64,000 bases of DNA from Candidatus Spongiisociaceae bacterium. Its GTDB lineage: Bacteria; Actinomycetota; Acidimicrobiia; Spongiisociales; Spongiisociaceae. The position numbers were made by a program, and so were the translations under genes. Numbering within the stretch: the stretch's first letter is position 1; the number at the start of each line of letters is the position of its first letter. The notes under the pieces are model-generated. The model did no database searches and was not told the origin of the DNA. It saw only the letters and a program-made list of their open reading frames with translations. The stretch lies in NCBI GenBank assembly GCA_965262915.1, contig OZ253564.1, forward strand, positions 3,168,001 to 3,232,000. The letters are read 5' to 3'. Positions 19,324 to 28,487 of this stretch are shown piece by piece.

Positions 19324-20612
19324 TACGGTTCGTCGCTGTGGACCCGCAGCACCGCAGCCACCTCGGAGACCACGTCGAGGGCCCCGAGATCGCTCACCGA
19401 GGCCTGCAGGTCGCCCTCTCTCGATTCGTGGGTGACGAGCAGCAGAGTGGCCTCGTCGCCGCGGCCGTCCTGCCAGACCGATTTGATCGATACCCGGTGG
19501 TGACCGAAGACCGCCGCGATCCGGGCCAGCACCCCGGGGCGGTCGACCACCGTGATACGAAGGAACCACTTCGTGGTGACATCGGCCATGTCGCGCAGGC
19601 GGGGCCTGGCGAATCGGATCCTCGATCTCACCTGAGTCCCGGCGAGCCGCTCCCGTGCCGACATGATGACATCTCCGAGCAGCGCGGTGGCGGTCGGCTC
19701 ACCTCCAGCGCCCGGACCCGTGAACATCAACTCGCCGATCGAAGGGCCTGATACGAACACCGCGTTGGTCGCGCCCCTTACTGAGGCGAGCGGGTGATCC
19801 AGGGGTACCAGGGTGGGGTGGACCCGCACCGCTATCCCCTCAGCGGAGTACTCGGCAATGGCCAGCAGCTTGGGCGCGTACCCGAGCTTCCTGGCGAAGT
19901 CGAAGTCCGCTATCTGGAGACCATCGATGCCTTCCCGGTAGACCTGGTCACCGTCCACCCAGGTGCCGAAGGCCAGACTGGCCAGGATGGCGGCCTTGGC
20001 CGCCGCATCCCCGCCTCCCACGTCCGCCACAGGGTCCGCTTCTGCGTAACCGAGCCTCTGCGCCTCGGCCAATACCTCGTCGTAGGAGGCTCCCTCCTCG
20101 AACATCTTCGTCAGGATGTAGTTGGTGGTGCCGTTGACAATCCCCAGAACCGAGGTGATGCGCTCGCCGGCCAGCGACTCGGACAGGGGTCGGATGATGG
20201 GTATCCCACCTCCCACCGCCGCTTCGAACAGCAGCGACACGCCGGCCTTCTCGGCGGCGGCCAGCAACTCGCTCCCCCGGGCGGCCATCAACTCCTTGTT
20301 GGCCGTCACGACGGCCTTACCGGAGTCGAGGGCCCGCATCACGAGCCCGCCCGCCGGATCCAGACCGCCCATAACCTCGATGACGATCTGGACGGCCGGA
20401 TTGTCGACCACCTGCTCGGGACGGTCGGTGAGGAGCCCGGGCGGGATGTCGACACCGCGCTCCTTGGAGATGTCGCGAACCGCGATCCCCCTTACCACCA
20501 GCTCAAGCCCGGTCTTGGCGGCAATGGCGTCGGACTCGAAGATGAGCCGACCGATCAGGGCACTGCCGACTGTGCCTGCTCCGAGAAACCCGACGCCGAT
20601 CTGCATGCTCAT
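19323..20612 (-). CDS. hom: Homoserine dehydrogenase with C-terminal ACT domain
   Basis: GFLGAGTVG, VVTANK, FEAAVGGGIP, GIVNGTTNYIL, DRPGVLARIA. Confidence 0.95.
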   Translation of the reverse strand: MSMQIGVGFLGAGTVGSALIGRLIFESDAIAAKTGLELVVRGIAVRDISKERGVDIPPGLLTDRPEQVVDNPAVQIVIEVMGGLDPAGGLVMRALDSGKAVVTANKELMAARGSELLAAAEKAGVSLLFEAAVGGGIPIIRPLSESLAGERITSVLGIVNGTTNYILTKMFEEGASYDEVLAEAQRLGYAEADPVADVGGGDAAAKAAILASLAFGTWVDGDQVYREGIDGLQIADFDFARKLGYAPKLLAIAEYSAEGIAVRVHPTLVPLDHPLASVRGATNAVFVSGPSIGELMFTGPGAGGEPTATALLGDVIMSARERLAGTQVRSRIRFARPRLRDMADVTTKWFLRITVVDRPGVLARIAAVFGHHRVSIKSVWQDGRGDEATLLLVTHESREGDLQASVSDLGALDVVSEVAAVLRVHSDEP

Positions 20613-20640
20613 ATTCCGCTCTGCATGCTCATATTCCGCT
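20601..20640. repeat. Perfect 20-bp tandem duplication at the lysA/hom junction
   Basis: ctgcatgctcatattccgct twice. Confidence 0.95.
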
Positions 20641-21969
20641 CCCTTTGACGCTACACGACCACGGCTCGGCCTCGTCCAGCATACGCTGGCCCGTGAGCAC
20701 CTCGTCGATGGTCTCCCTGCGAACCACCTCCCGGACCTTCCCGTCACCGACGAACAACACCGGAGGCCGCGGGAGAGCGTTGTATCGGGAAGACATCGAG
20801 AACGTGTAGGCGCCCGCGGTCGGCATGGCCACCAGATCACCCGGCCCGACCTTGTCGGGCAACTCCACCGCGTCGAGGAGCACATCGGTCTCGCACATGC
20901 GGCCGAACACGCGAAAGGGGTGGTTCGGAGCCAGGTCGAGCCGGTCGACCGCCAGCAACTCGTACCTGGAGTCGTAGAGGGCCGGGCGGGGATTGTCGGT
21001 GAGTCCCCCGTCCAGGGCCAGCATCTCGCCGCCAACCGGAAGCGGCTTTCGAACGCCCACCGTGTAGAGCAGGACCGCCGCGTTGGCGACCAGTGCCCGG
21101 CCCGGTTCCACCATCACCTGCACCGGCCCGATCCGCTCCCTCAACCGGTTGGTCTCCAGAGCCGATCGGATAGCACGCGCCACCGCCGCCGGGGTCACAA
21201 CGGGATCGTCGCGCAGGTAAGGCGAGGAAAGGCCGCCCCCGACGTCGAGCAGCACGGGGCTGGTGGGGAAGGCGGACCGGTGCCGGATGACCAGTTCCGC
21301 CAACCTTTTGAGGATGACGCCGAACAGTGAAGGGTCGCTGATGTGGCTTCCGGCGTGGAGATGCACACCCCGCATCCTGAGTGCTCTCGAGGCGGCGATC
21401 CGGACGACCGCAGTGTCCGCCGCGTCCGGGGTGAGGCCGAACTTGGCGTGCCCACCGGTGGTGAGCACCTTCCGGTTGGTCACCAGATCCACCGCCTCGT
21501 TAAGCCTGATCATCACGTCCACGATCTTGCCCGCCATACGCGCCCGTGCTTCGAGTCGGTCGATCTCGTCCAGGCTGTCGATGACCGTGATCGCCACCCT
21601 GCCCTCGACGGCCAGGTCGAGCTCCGCTTCGGACTTGAGGTTGCCGTGGAGGAGGATCCTGGACGCCGGTACGCCTCCGCGGCGCGCCATGACCGCCTCG
21701 CCCACCGAGACGACATCGACCCACCAACCTGTAGGGACGATCAACTCGGCCAGAGCGGTGCAGAGGAAGGCCTTGGTGGCGTATACCGGCGTCCCGAAGC
21801 CGCCGAACGCTACGGAGAACTCATCCAGACGACGCTTGAGGTGGGTCAGATCGAATACGTACGCGGGCGTGCCGAAACGCTCGGCTATGGCGTGCAATGG
21901 CACGCCGCCGATCGCGGCCCGGCCCGCCTGCTGTGTCCAAGTTCGGGGTAGCACATCGCGCAGTGCCAT
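20629..21969 (-). CDS. lysA: Diaminopimelate decarboxylase
   Basis: YATKAF, HGNLKS, KFG, HLHAGS, DVGGG, EPGR, NPRPALY, CETD, GAYTFSMSSRYN. Confidence 0.93.
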   Translation of the reverse strand: MALRDVLPRTWTQQAGRAAIGGVPLHAIAERFGTPAYVFDLTHLKRRLDEFSVAFGGFGTPVYATKAFLCTALAELIVPTGWWVDVVSVGEAVMARRGGVPASRILLHGNLKSEAELDLAVEGRVAITVIDSLDEIDRLEARARMAGKIVDVMIRLNEAVDLVTNRKVLTTGGHAKFGLTPDAADTAVVRIAASRALRMRGVHLHAGSHISDPSLFGVILKRLAELVIRHRSAFPTSPVLLDVGGGLSSPYLRDDPVVTPAAVARAIRSALETNRLRERIGPVQVMVEPGRALVANAAVLLYTVGVRKPLPVGGEMLALDGGLTDNPRPALYDSRYELLAVDRLDLAPNHPFRVFGRMCETDVLLDAVELPDKVGPGDLVAMPTAGAYTFSMSSRYNALPRPPVLFVGDGKVREVVRRETIDEVLTGQRMLDEAEPWSCSVKGSGI

Positions 21970-22063
21970 GACGATCCTCTGGGGGTAAACCGTTCCAGGC
22001 TAGCGGTCCACCGACAAGATGATTCACAGCGCCGTGCCTGCCGTCGCCGCTATCTCACCGCCG

Positions 22064-22092
22064 GACCACCGGCGAAACCCGCCGGTGGTTCC
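22064..22092. terminator. GC-rich hairpin downstream of tRNA-Arg
   Basis: ggaccaccggcg aaacc cgccggtggttcc; no U-tract. Confidence 0.4.
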
Positions 22093-22113
22093 GTTGGCAC
22101 GGTCCGGCGGGCG

Positions 22114-22185
<72 letters not shown>

Positions 22186-22606
22186 CCGTCACTCACCCTA
22201 CCAGTACCGCATGAGCGTATCCGCACCCCCCATCTCCGCACGGCGGAGGGGTGCTTCCACAATGAGATGGCCGGGGCGCGGTTCTAGGGGGAGAGAACTC
22301 TGCGCCCCGGCCGGCTGGCAGGTGGGTGTCCTGCCGTTGGTGGGTCACCCCATCATACAGCATCATGGGCCTAGTTGTCCAGCACAGAATCGGGGCCGGA
22401 GCCGGGGCTCTGCTCGATCCCCGAATCGGGACCACCACATTCGATGAGAGTACCCGGAACGACCGCCGGAGCCGGACCATCCGCGACAGGACCGGAGGGG
22501 TGCTGATCAGCTTGCCGGCGGCCCGACGGTCGATCACACAAGTCCACGTCGGCAGACAACGGGCCAAGCATTTACACGTTGTCGGCACTCTCCTAGACTG
22601 GGCGTC

Positions 22607-23401
22607 ATGCGACCGATCTGGAGCGGTGCCGTTTCTTTTGGCTTGGTCACGATACCGGTGCGCCTGTATCCGGCCACGACGAACCATCGACCGAAGTTCC
22701 GCCAACTCCGCCGTGAGGACCACAGCCGGATCCGGTACCGGAAGGTGGCGGAAGCCGACGGCGAGGAGGTCCCGTCGAAGGACATCGTTCGGGGGTACGA
22801 GTTCGACAAGGGCCGCTACGTGGTCTTCACGGCCGAGGAGATCGAAGCGGCGGGATACCAGGGCGGCCCCCGGATAGTGGATGTGATCGAGTTCGTGGAT
22901 GCCGCCGAGATCGACCCGATCTACTACCGGTCCTCCTACTACCTGGAACCCGAGTCCACCGGCCTCAAGGCATACTCAATCCTTCGGCAGGCTCTTGCGG
23001 ACAAGGGGCGCATCGGCATCGCCAAGGTGGCCCTGCGCGCCCGGGTACATCTCGCCGCTCTACGGGCCCGCGACGATGTCCTGGTGCTGGAGACGATGTA
23101 TTGGCCCGACGAGATACGGGAGGCGCACTTCGAGAGCCTCGACCGCGAACTCGAGGTGCGAGGTAGTGAAGTTGCGATGGCGGAGATGTTGATCGACAAC
23201 CTCACTTCAGGGTTCGACCCGGCAAACTGGACCGACGCCACCCGGGAGAGGATCGAAGAGTTGGCGCGGCAGAAGATCGAAGGGGAAGAGATCGTCGCTC
23301 CCGAGACGCCCGAGCCCACGAAGGTGGTCGACCTGCTGGAAGCTCTGGCCGCCTCGGTCGAAGCGACCAAGATGCAGGCGGCCCGCCGGAAGGCGGGATA
23401 G
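22607..23401 (+). CDS. ku: Non-homologous end-joining protein Ku
   Basis: MRPIWSGAVSFGLVTIPVRLY, IDPIYYRSSYYL, TMYWPDEIR, VVDLLEALAASV. Confidence 0.95.
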   Translation: MRPIWSGAVSFGLVTIPVRLYPATTNHRPKFRQLRREDHSRIRYRKVAEADGEEVPSKDIVRGYEFDKGRYVVFTAEEIEAAGYQGGPRIVDVIEFVDAAEIDPIYYRSSYYLEPESTGLKAYSILRQALADKGRIGIAKVALRARVHLAALRARDDVLVLETMYWPDEIREAHFESLDRELEVRGSEVAMAEMLIDNLTSGFDPANWTDATRERIEELARQKIEGEEIVAPETPEPTKVVDLLEALAASVEATKMQAARRKAG

Positions 23402-23565
23402 TGGTCTGTCCGCAAGACAACTTGGCGTGCTCTGCGTGCCATCGACGCCCCTCGCTGCGTTTCGCGCCCTCGATGTACGCTGCCGGTACGCCTTCGTCGG
23501 CGGGCCTTGCGAGGAACGCCCCTGCCGGCGCACACCACGCAGCTATTCCACAGACAGACCACTAG
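23399..23565. repeat. TAGTGGTCTGTC family element, copy 4 (long variant), starting at the ku stop
   Basis: tagtggtctgtccgcaagacaacttgg...ccacagacagaccactag. Confidence 0.85.
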
Positions 23566-23634
23566 CGAAACCCACCGAGAACCGAGCGGGTACGATCCCG
23601 GTCGGAACCACCCCACCGATCAGGAGCGCGTAAC

Positions 23635-23856
23635 GTGAAAGCACGCATAGGCATCGCGGACACCGGGCGCGAGATCGAGGTAGAAGTCGAGAGCCGGGAC
23701 GCGGTTGCCGCGCGCCTCGAGGCCGCCTACCGGGAGAGCGTCCCCATACTGTGGTTCGAGAATGCGAAAGGCAGGGATGTCGGTGTCCCGCTCGAGCGCA
23801 TCGCCTTCATAGAACTCATCGACGATCCCAACCGGGCGGTCGGTTTCGCTCGCTGA
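23635..23856 (+). CDS. DUF3107 family small protein
   Basis: RIGIADTGREIEVE...KGRDVGVPLERIAFIEL...VGF. Confidence 0.8.
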   Translation: MKARIGIADTGREIEVEVESRDAVAARLEAAYRESVPILWFENAKGRDVGVPLERIAFIELIDDPNRAVGFAR

Positions 23857-23890
23857 TCGACCACGACTCTCCGAGTGTGAGCTTCGTCTC

Positions 23891-24010
23891 GGAGGATGTT
23901 GAGAAACCCCCCCCTCGGCCGGACGATCGATGAAAAGGCCGGACGATCGATGAAAAAGATCATTTCAGCGGACGGCAGGACAACCATTCAGCCGTTTTCG
24001 AGCACCCTCC
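23891..24010. repeat. Single GGAGGGTG...CACCCTCC family unit with an internal 20-bp tandem duplication
   Basis: ggaggatgttgagaaac...gttttcgagcaccctcc; ggccggacgatcgatgaaaa twice at 23917-23956. Confidence 0.7.
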
Positions 24011-24041
24011 AAATCGGAGTCCAGACCCGGGTGGGCCCGGT

Positions 24042-24314
24042 TCAACTAGCAGCGCGCCTGCGCTCGGCCAGCCAGCGTTTCCGCAACCGGCGGCGTTCGT
24101 CCTCCGCATAGCCACCCCAGACCCCGGCTTCCTGGTTGGTCTGGAGCGCGTACTGGAGACAGTCTTCGGTTACGAGACAGGCGGTGCAGATGCCTTTGGC
24201 CTCCTCGATCTGATCGACGGCGAGTCCGGTGGTGCCGATCGGGAAGAACAACGTGGGTTCGGAGTCGCGGCACGCGGCGATTTCCCGCCAATCGGTTCTG
24301 GTCATGGTCAACAC
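24042..24314 (-). CDS. whiB: WhiB family Fe-S transcriptional regulator (WhiB1-like; alternative ATG at 24305)
   Basis: DWREIAAC...LFFPIGTTG...CTAC.V...CLQYAL...GVWGG; four Cys. Confidence 0.93.
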   Translation of the reverse strand: MLTMTRTDWREIAACRDSEPTLFFPIGTTGLAVDQIEEAKGICTACLVTEDCLQYALQTNQEAGVWGGYAEDERRRLRKRWLAERRRAAS

Positions 24315-24540
24315 GGTAAGTACCTCTCTTGCGGAGAGTCGGATCCTCCGGGTTCATCTGTTTCGGCAAGGGAGCATCTTCCGCTCCCTTGGTCGGAACG
24401 GCATAACCGCGGTCGCTTGTGAAGATATTCACAAGAACGGGCCAAAATAAATGCCGTTGGCCGACAGGCGAATACGATAGCGCTCCGATGGTCGAGCCGC
24501 AAGCTATTTCCTTCACAAAGTTTGGAAATTTTTTCAATCT

Positions 24541-24563
24541 TATCTATTGATAGTTAATAGATA
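24541..24563. promoter_or_regulatory. AT-rich inverted repeat, operator-like, between divergent whiB and LysM genes
   Basis: TATCTATT-N7-AATAGATA within an AT-rich patch at about 24500-24585. Confidence 0.45.
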
Positions 24564-24582
24564 GCTGTGATATATATCCAGT

Positions 24583-25470
24583 ATGCGACTATTCAGATCC
24601 ACCATACTTTCGGCCCTGCTAGGCGGCGGCCTCGGCGGCGCCGGACACTTTCTCCTCCAACTGAGGGGAGAATCGTGGCTTCCGGGACCCGGCGAGATAC
24701 TGAATGCTCGCCCCGACGAAGCGATCTACGGCGCAGTCTGGCTACTGGCGGTCGCGGCGACAGCCTGGGTGACGCTTACCGCCGTCCTCTCGGTGTTCGC
24801 ATACACCAGCCGCCTGCCGGCTGCCATCCGAGCCGTGGAGTGGATGACCCTCCCGCCGATCCGCCGCCTGGCGCGTCGGTTCGCGGCCCTGCTGCTCGCA
24901 GTCGGCAACCTGGCGATGGCGCCTGCCGCCGTCGGGGCGACCGAGCTTCCTCCCGTTCCGGTGGTAGTCACCGACGAGCAGTCCGTCGGATTGACCGTGC
25001 ATCCGCCCGGAGGCGCATACCACGACCCGTCCACCGATTTCGCCGTACCGATTCCGCTCCGTTCCGATACGGACGTCACCGATGGTCCGACCGCACTCGA
25101 CCACCACGGAGCGGCGACCCCCGTTCTCATACCGGTTCCTCTCCGGGCCGACGACGATGCCGTCCATCTCACGATCGCTCCTGCCCGGCATCGACCTCCG
25201 GTTGCCGTTGGTATCCCGGTGCCGCTTGTGGCCGGCGAGAACAACACCGACGACTCGTCGGGAACCGTCTCCTACACCGTTCAGCCCGGAGACAGCATGT
25301 GGTCGGTCACCGTGGCCTACCTGAGCCACCTCCACGGCGAGCAACCCGCGGCAGCCGCTGTCACCCGGGTATGGCGGGACGTGATCGATCTCAACCGCGA
25401 CCGCATCGGATCGGGGAATCCTGACGTGATCTTCCCAGGCGAGGAACTACTACTCCCCCGCTACCCGTGA
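24583..25470 (+). CDS. Membrane-anchored LysM domain protein
   Basis: N-terminal hydrophobic segments, Pro-rich linker, C-terminal YTVQPGDSMWSV...NPDVIFPGEELLLP. Confidence 0.85.
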   Translation: MRLFRSTILSALLGGGLGGAGHFLLQLRGESWLPGPGEILNARPDEAIYGAVWLLAVAATAWVTLTAVLSVFAYTSRLPAAIRAVEWMTLPPIRRLARRFAALLLAVGNLAMAPAAVGATELPPVPVVVTDEQSVGLTVHPPGGAYHDPSTDFAVPIPLRSDTDVTDGPTALDHHGAATPVLIPVPLRADDDAVHLTIAPARHRPPVAVGIPVPLVAGENNTDDSSGTVSYTVQPGDSMWSVTVAYLSHLHGEQPAAAAVTRVWRDVIDLNRDRIGSGNPDVIFPGEELLLPRYP

Positions 25471-25488
25471 ACGACGGCCGGTAGTCCG

Positions 25489-25899
25489 TCAGCAGCAACC
25501 GGCCAGGAAGCTGACCCTCACCGAGCGGCCGTGGTTGTCCCGGTTGGGATCCACCAGTAGCACCGACTGCCATGTTCCGAGGGTCATCACGCCGTCCACG
25601 ACCGGAATCACGACGCTCGGGGACACGAATGCGGGGAATACGTGGTCGGCTCCGTGACCGTAGGCGCCATGCCGGTGTAACCATCGGGAGTCGCGGGGGA
25701 ACAGCTCCTCGAGGTGCTGGATCAGGTCGCGGTCGGAACCGGCCCCCGTCTCGATGATTGCCAGGCCCGCGGTGCTATGCGGAACGAACACCGACACCAA
25801 ACCGTCGCCCCTGCCCTGCACGAACGCCGCCACCCGGTCGGTGATGTCGACGGCGGCCGCCGCTCCCCCTGTACGGACACGAAAGACCTGCGTATCCAC
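25489..25899 (-). CDS. yjbQ: YjbQ/UPF0047 family protein
   Basis: VFVPHSTAGL, HGADH, LGTWQSVLLVD. Confidence 0.88.
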   Translation of the reverse strand: MDTQVFRVRTGGAAAAVDITDRVAAFVQGRGDGLVSVFVPHSTAGLAIIETGAGSDRDLIQHLEELFPRDSRWLHRHGAYGHGADHVFPAFVSPSVVIPVVDGVMTLGTWQSVLLVDPNRDNHGRSVRVSFLAGCC

Positions 25900-25903
25900 G
25901 GGG

Positions 25904-26875
25904 TCAGGTGTTGTCGCCGAGGAAGATGGCCGAGACCGAGCTGTCCATGAAGATGGCTTGCAGAGCCTCGGCCAGCACCGGAGCGATCGAGAGCCTGGTC
26001 AACTTGTCGAAGTTCCTCGCATCCTGGCTGATGGGGAGGGTGTCGGTCACCACCACCTCGTCGATCGGGGCGTTCTTGAGCCGGTCGAGGGCAGGTTCCG
26101 AAAGGATCGGGTGGGTAGCCGCCACGAACACGCTCCGAACCTGCTTCTGGCGCAGCAGCCTGGCAGCGTTGACCACCGTCCCGGCCGTGTCGATCATGTC
26201 GTCCACGATCACGGCATGCCGACCGCGGACCGCCCCCACCACCGTGAGTGCCTTGGAGCGGTTGGGGGCATCGGCCGACCGGCGCTTGTGCACGAACGCC
26301 ACGAAGGCACCCAGATAGCGGGCGTACTTCTCCGCCCGCTTGACACCGCCCGCGTCGGGAGACACGATCGTGGTGGGACCGTCCAGCCGGTCCTTCAGGT
26401 ACTCGGTGACGATGGGGAGGGCCGTCAGGTGGTCGAGGGGTTTCGGAAAGAAACCCTGGATCTGGCCGGTGTGGAGATCGATCGACACGATCCGGTCGGC
26501 GCCGGCGGCCAGAAACAGATCGCACATGAGCCGGGCGGAGATGGGCTCCCGCGGCAATACTTTCTTGTCGGCCCTCGCGTAGCCGAAGAACGGCACCACA
26601 GCCGTGATGCGGTGCGCCGACGCCCGCCTCAGGGCCTCGATCATGATCAACTGCTCCATGATGTGGAAGTTGATCTCCGGAGCGTGGCTCTGGATCACGA
26701 AGCAATCAGCGCCGCGTACGGACTCCAGCGGCCGGGCGTACACCTCGGTATTGGCGAAGCGCCCCAACTCCACCTTGCCGAGCCGAACCCCCAGTTCCTC
26801 GGCGACATCGTGTGCCAGTTCCGGGTTGGCCGAACCGGTGAAGAGCATGAAACGTTTGCGATTGACGAACTCCAT
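25904..26875 (-). CDS. prs: Ribose-phosphate pyrophosphokinase
   Basis: Start MEFVNRK at 26875; YARADKK, DLHTGQIQGFF, VSPDAGG, VDDMIDTAGT. Confidence 0.97.
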   Translation of the reverse strand: MEFVNRKRFMLFTGSANPELAHDVAEELGVRLGKVELGRFANTEVYARPLESVRGADCFVIQSHAPEINFHIMEQLIMIEALRRASAHRITAVVPFFGYARADKKVLPREPISARLMCDLFLAAGADRIVSIDLHTGQIQGFFPKPLDHLTALPIVTEYLKDRLDGPTTIVSPDAGGVKRAEKYARYLGAFVAFVHKRRSADAPNRSKALTVVGAVRGRHAVIVDDMIDTAGTVVNAARLLRQKQVRSVFVAATHPILSEPALDRLKNAPIDEVVVTDTLPISQDARNFDKLTRLSIAPVLAEALQAIFMDSSVSAIFLGDNT

Positions 26876-26876
26876 C

Positions 26877-28256
26877 TCAACCCGCCTCGTATCGCGCCCT
26901 GCGACGCTCAGCGTAACCGGGAATCTCGCGCTGGGCCGATCGCTCGATACCCAGGGCGCCCTCCGACACGTTCCGAGTGATGGCCGAACCGGCCCCCGTA
27001 TAGGCATCGTCCCCCACCTCGACCGGCGCCACCAGCACGGTGTTCGACCCGATCTGCACCCGCCGGCCCACCCGTGTCCGGTGCTTCTCGAACCCGTTGT
27101 AGTTGGCGGTTATGGTCCCGGCACCGATGTTCGCCTCGTCCCCGATGTCAGCGTCGCCGACGTAGGCAAGATGGGGGACCTTGGCGCCCCGGCCCACGAC
27201 CGAGTTCTTGACCTCCACGAAGGTCCCCGCCTTGGATCCCTCGTGCAACTCGGAACCAACCCGCAACGAGACGTAGGGACCGACTTCGGCGTCGCGGCCG
27301 ATGGATGCGTCCCGGACCACTGAATACCACACCTTTGCCCCGCATCCCACCTCGCTGTCGCTGATGAACACATCGGGACCGATCTCGGCACCCGCGCTGA
27401 TCGAGGTAGCACCTTCCAGGTGTACTCCCGGGTAGAGACGGACCCCGGCCTCGATCTCGACGGTGGAGTGGATATAGGTGCGGCTCGGATCCTGCATCCA
27501 TACTCCTGCGCGCATCCATGCCTGGTTGATCCGGCTCCGCATGATTGCCGCGGCCCGTGCCAGCTGGTCCTGGGTGTTGACACCCGACAGTTCCTCGGCG
27601 CCGGTGCGGTAGGCAGAGATCCCGTGTCCTTCGGCACCGAGGATCGCCAGCACGTCCGGTAGGTAGTACTCGCCCTGCGCGTTGTTGCGTCCCACATGGT
27701 CCACGGCGTCGCGTATGAACTCGCCGTCGAACATGTAGATCCCGCCGTTGATCTCCTTGATCTCACGTTCCCTGGAGGTGGTGTCCGCATGCTCCACGAT
27801 CCGCTGCACCCGGTCCCACCCGTCCCGCACCACCCGTCCGTACCCGGTCGGATCGTCCATGTTGGCGGTTGCGCAAGTAGCCGCCGCGCCCGTACGCCGG
27901 TGCAGGTTGGCCATTGCTTCGAGGGTCTCGTAGGTGATCAGCGGTGTGTCGGCCGGTACGACCAACACATGATCGCCGGGGTTCGTGGAGAAGACCCCGA
28001 GGGCCACCCCCAACGCGTGGGCGGTGCCCAGCTGGCGGGCCTGGACGACCGGCTCCGCGTAGTCGGGCAGGGTGGCCACTACCTGATCGGCGTCGGGCTT
28101 CACCACCACCACCGTCTGGGCCGGCTCAAGCGGAGCTACCGCGTCGAGAACCCACCGGATCATCGGCCTGCCGGCTACCCGGTGAATCACCTTGGGAAGG
28201 ATCGCGGCCATACGCGTCCCCTCGCCGGCGCCCAGCACGACTGCCTTCACGGCCAT
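26877..28256 (-). CDS. glmU: Bifunctional UDP-GlcNAc pyrophosphorylase / glucosamine-1-phosphate acetyltransferase
   Basis: LGAGEGTRM, QLGTAHA, GYGR, GEYYLPD, hexapeptide repeats, HLAYVGDA. Confidence 0.96.
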   Translation of the reverse strand: MAVKAVVLGAGEGTRMAAILPKVIHRVAGRPMIRWVLDAVAPLEPAQTVVVVKPDADQVVATLPDYAEPVVQARQLGTAHALGVALGVFSTNPGDHVLVVPADTPLITYETLEAMANLHRRTGAAATCATANMDDPTGYGRVVRDGWDRVQRIVEHADTTSREREIKEINGGIYMFDGEFIRDAVDHVGRNNAQGEYYLPDVLAILGAEGHGISAYRTGAEELSGVNTQDQLARAAAIMRSRINQAWMRAGVWMQDPSRTYIHSTVEIEAGVRLYPGVHLEGATSISAGAEIGPDVFISDSEVGCGAKVWYSVVRDASIGRDAEVGPYVSLRVGSELHEGSKAGTFVEVKNSVVGRGAKVPHLAYVGDADIGDEANIGAGTITANYNGFEKHRTRVGRRVQIGSNTVLVAPVEVGDDAYTGAGSAITRNVSEGALGIERSAQREIPGYAERRRARYEAG

Positions 28257-28276
28257 GGCATCACTCCTTTTCTCGG

Positions 28277-28348
28277 CTGGGGGGACAGGAGTCGAACCCG
28301 TACCGGCGGGACCAAAACCCGCTGTGCTGCCAGTTACACCACCCCCCA
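28277..28348 (-). tRNA. tRNA-Gln(TTG), CCA not encoded
   Basis: TGGGGGGTGGTGTAACTGGCAGCACAGCGGGTTTTGGTCCCGCCGGTACGGGTTCGACTCCTGTCCCCCCAG; usual position upstream of glmU. Confidence 0.93.
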
Positions 28349-28487
28349 TGGTGGTGGTCGATGATCGGTGGTCAGCCACCGGCAGAGGTGATCGTTCATT
28401 CGTCCCGCCCACCGACCACCGCTGGCCCGCAGCAAAGGATACACGTCCTCTCTACTGCCACGAACAGGGACGCCGCGGCCCTCTCGC

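Noticed and set aside
19323-21035. 570-aa hom, and similarly over-long thrC, prs, glmU, tatD, rsmI, mgsB and lipoprotein ORFs in the track
   Set aside because: Extensions overlap upstream genes or a tRNA; conserved starts lie further downstream.
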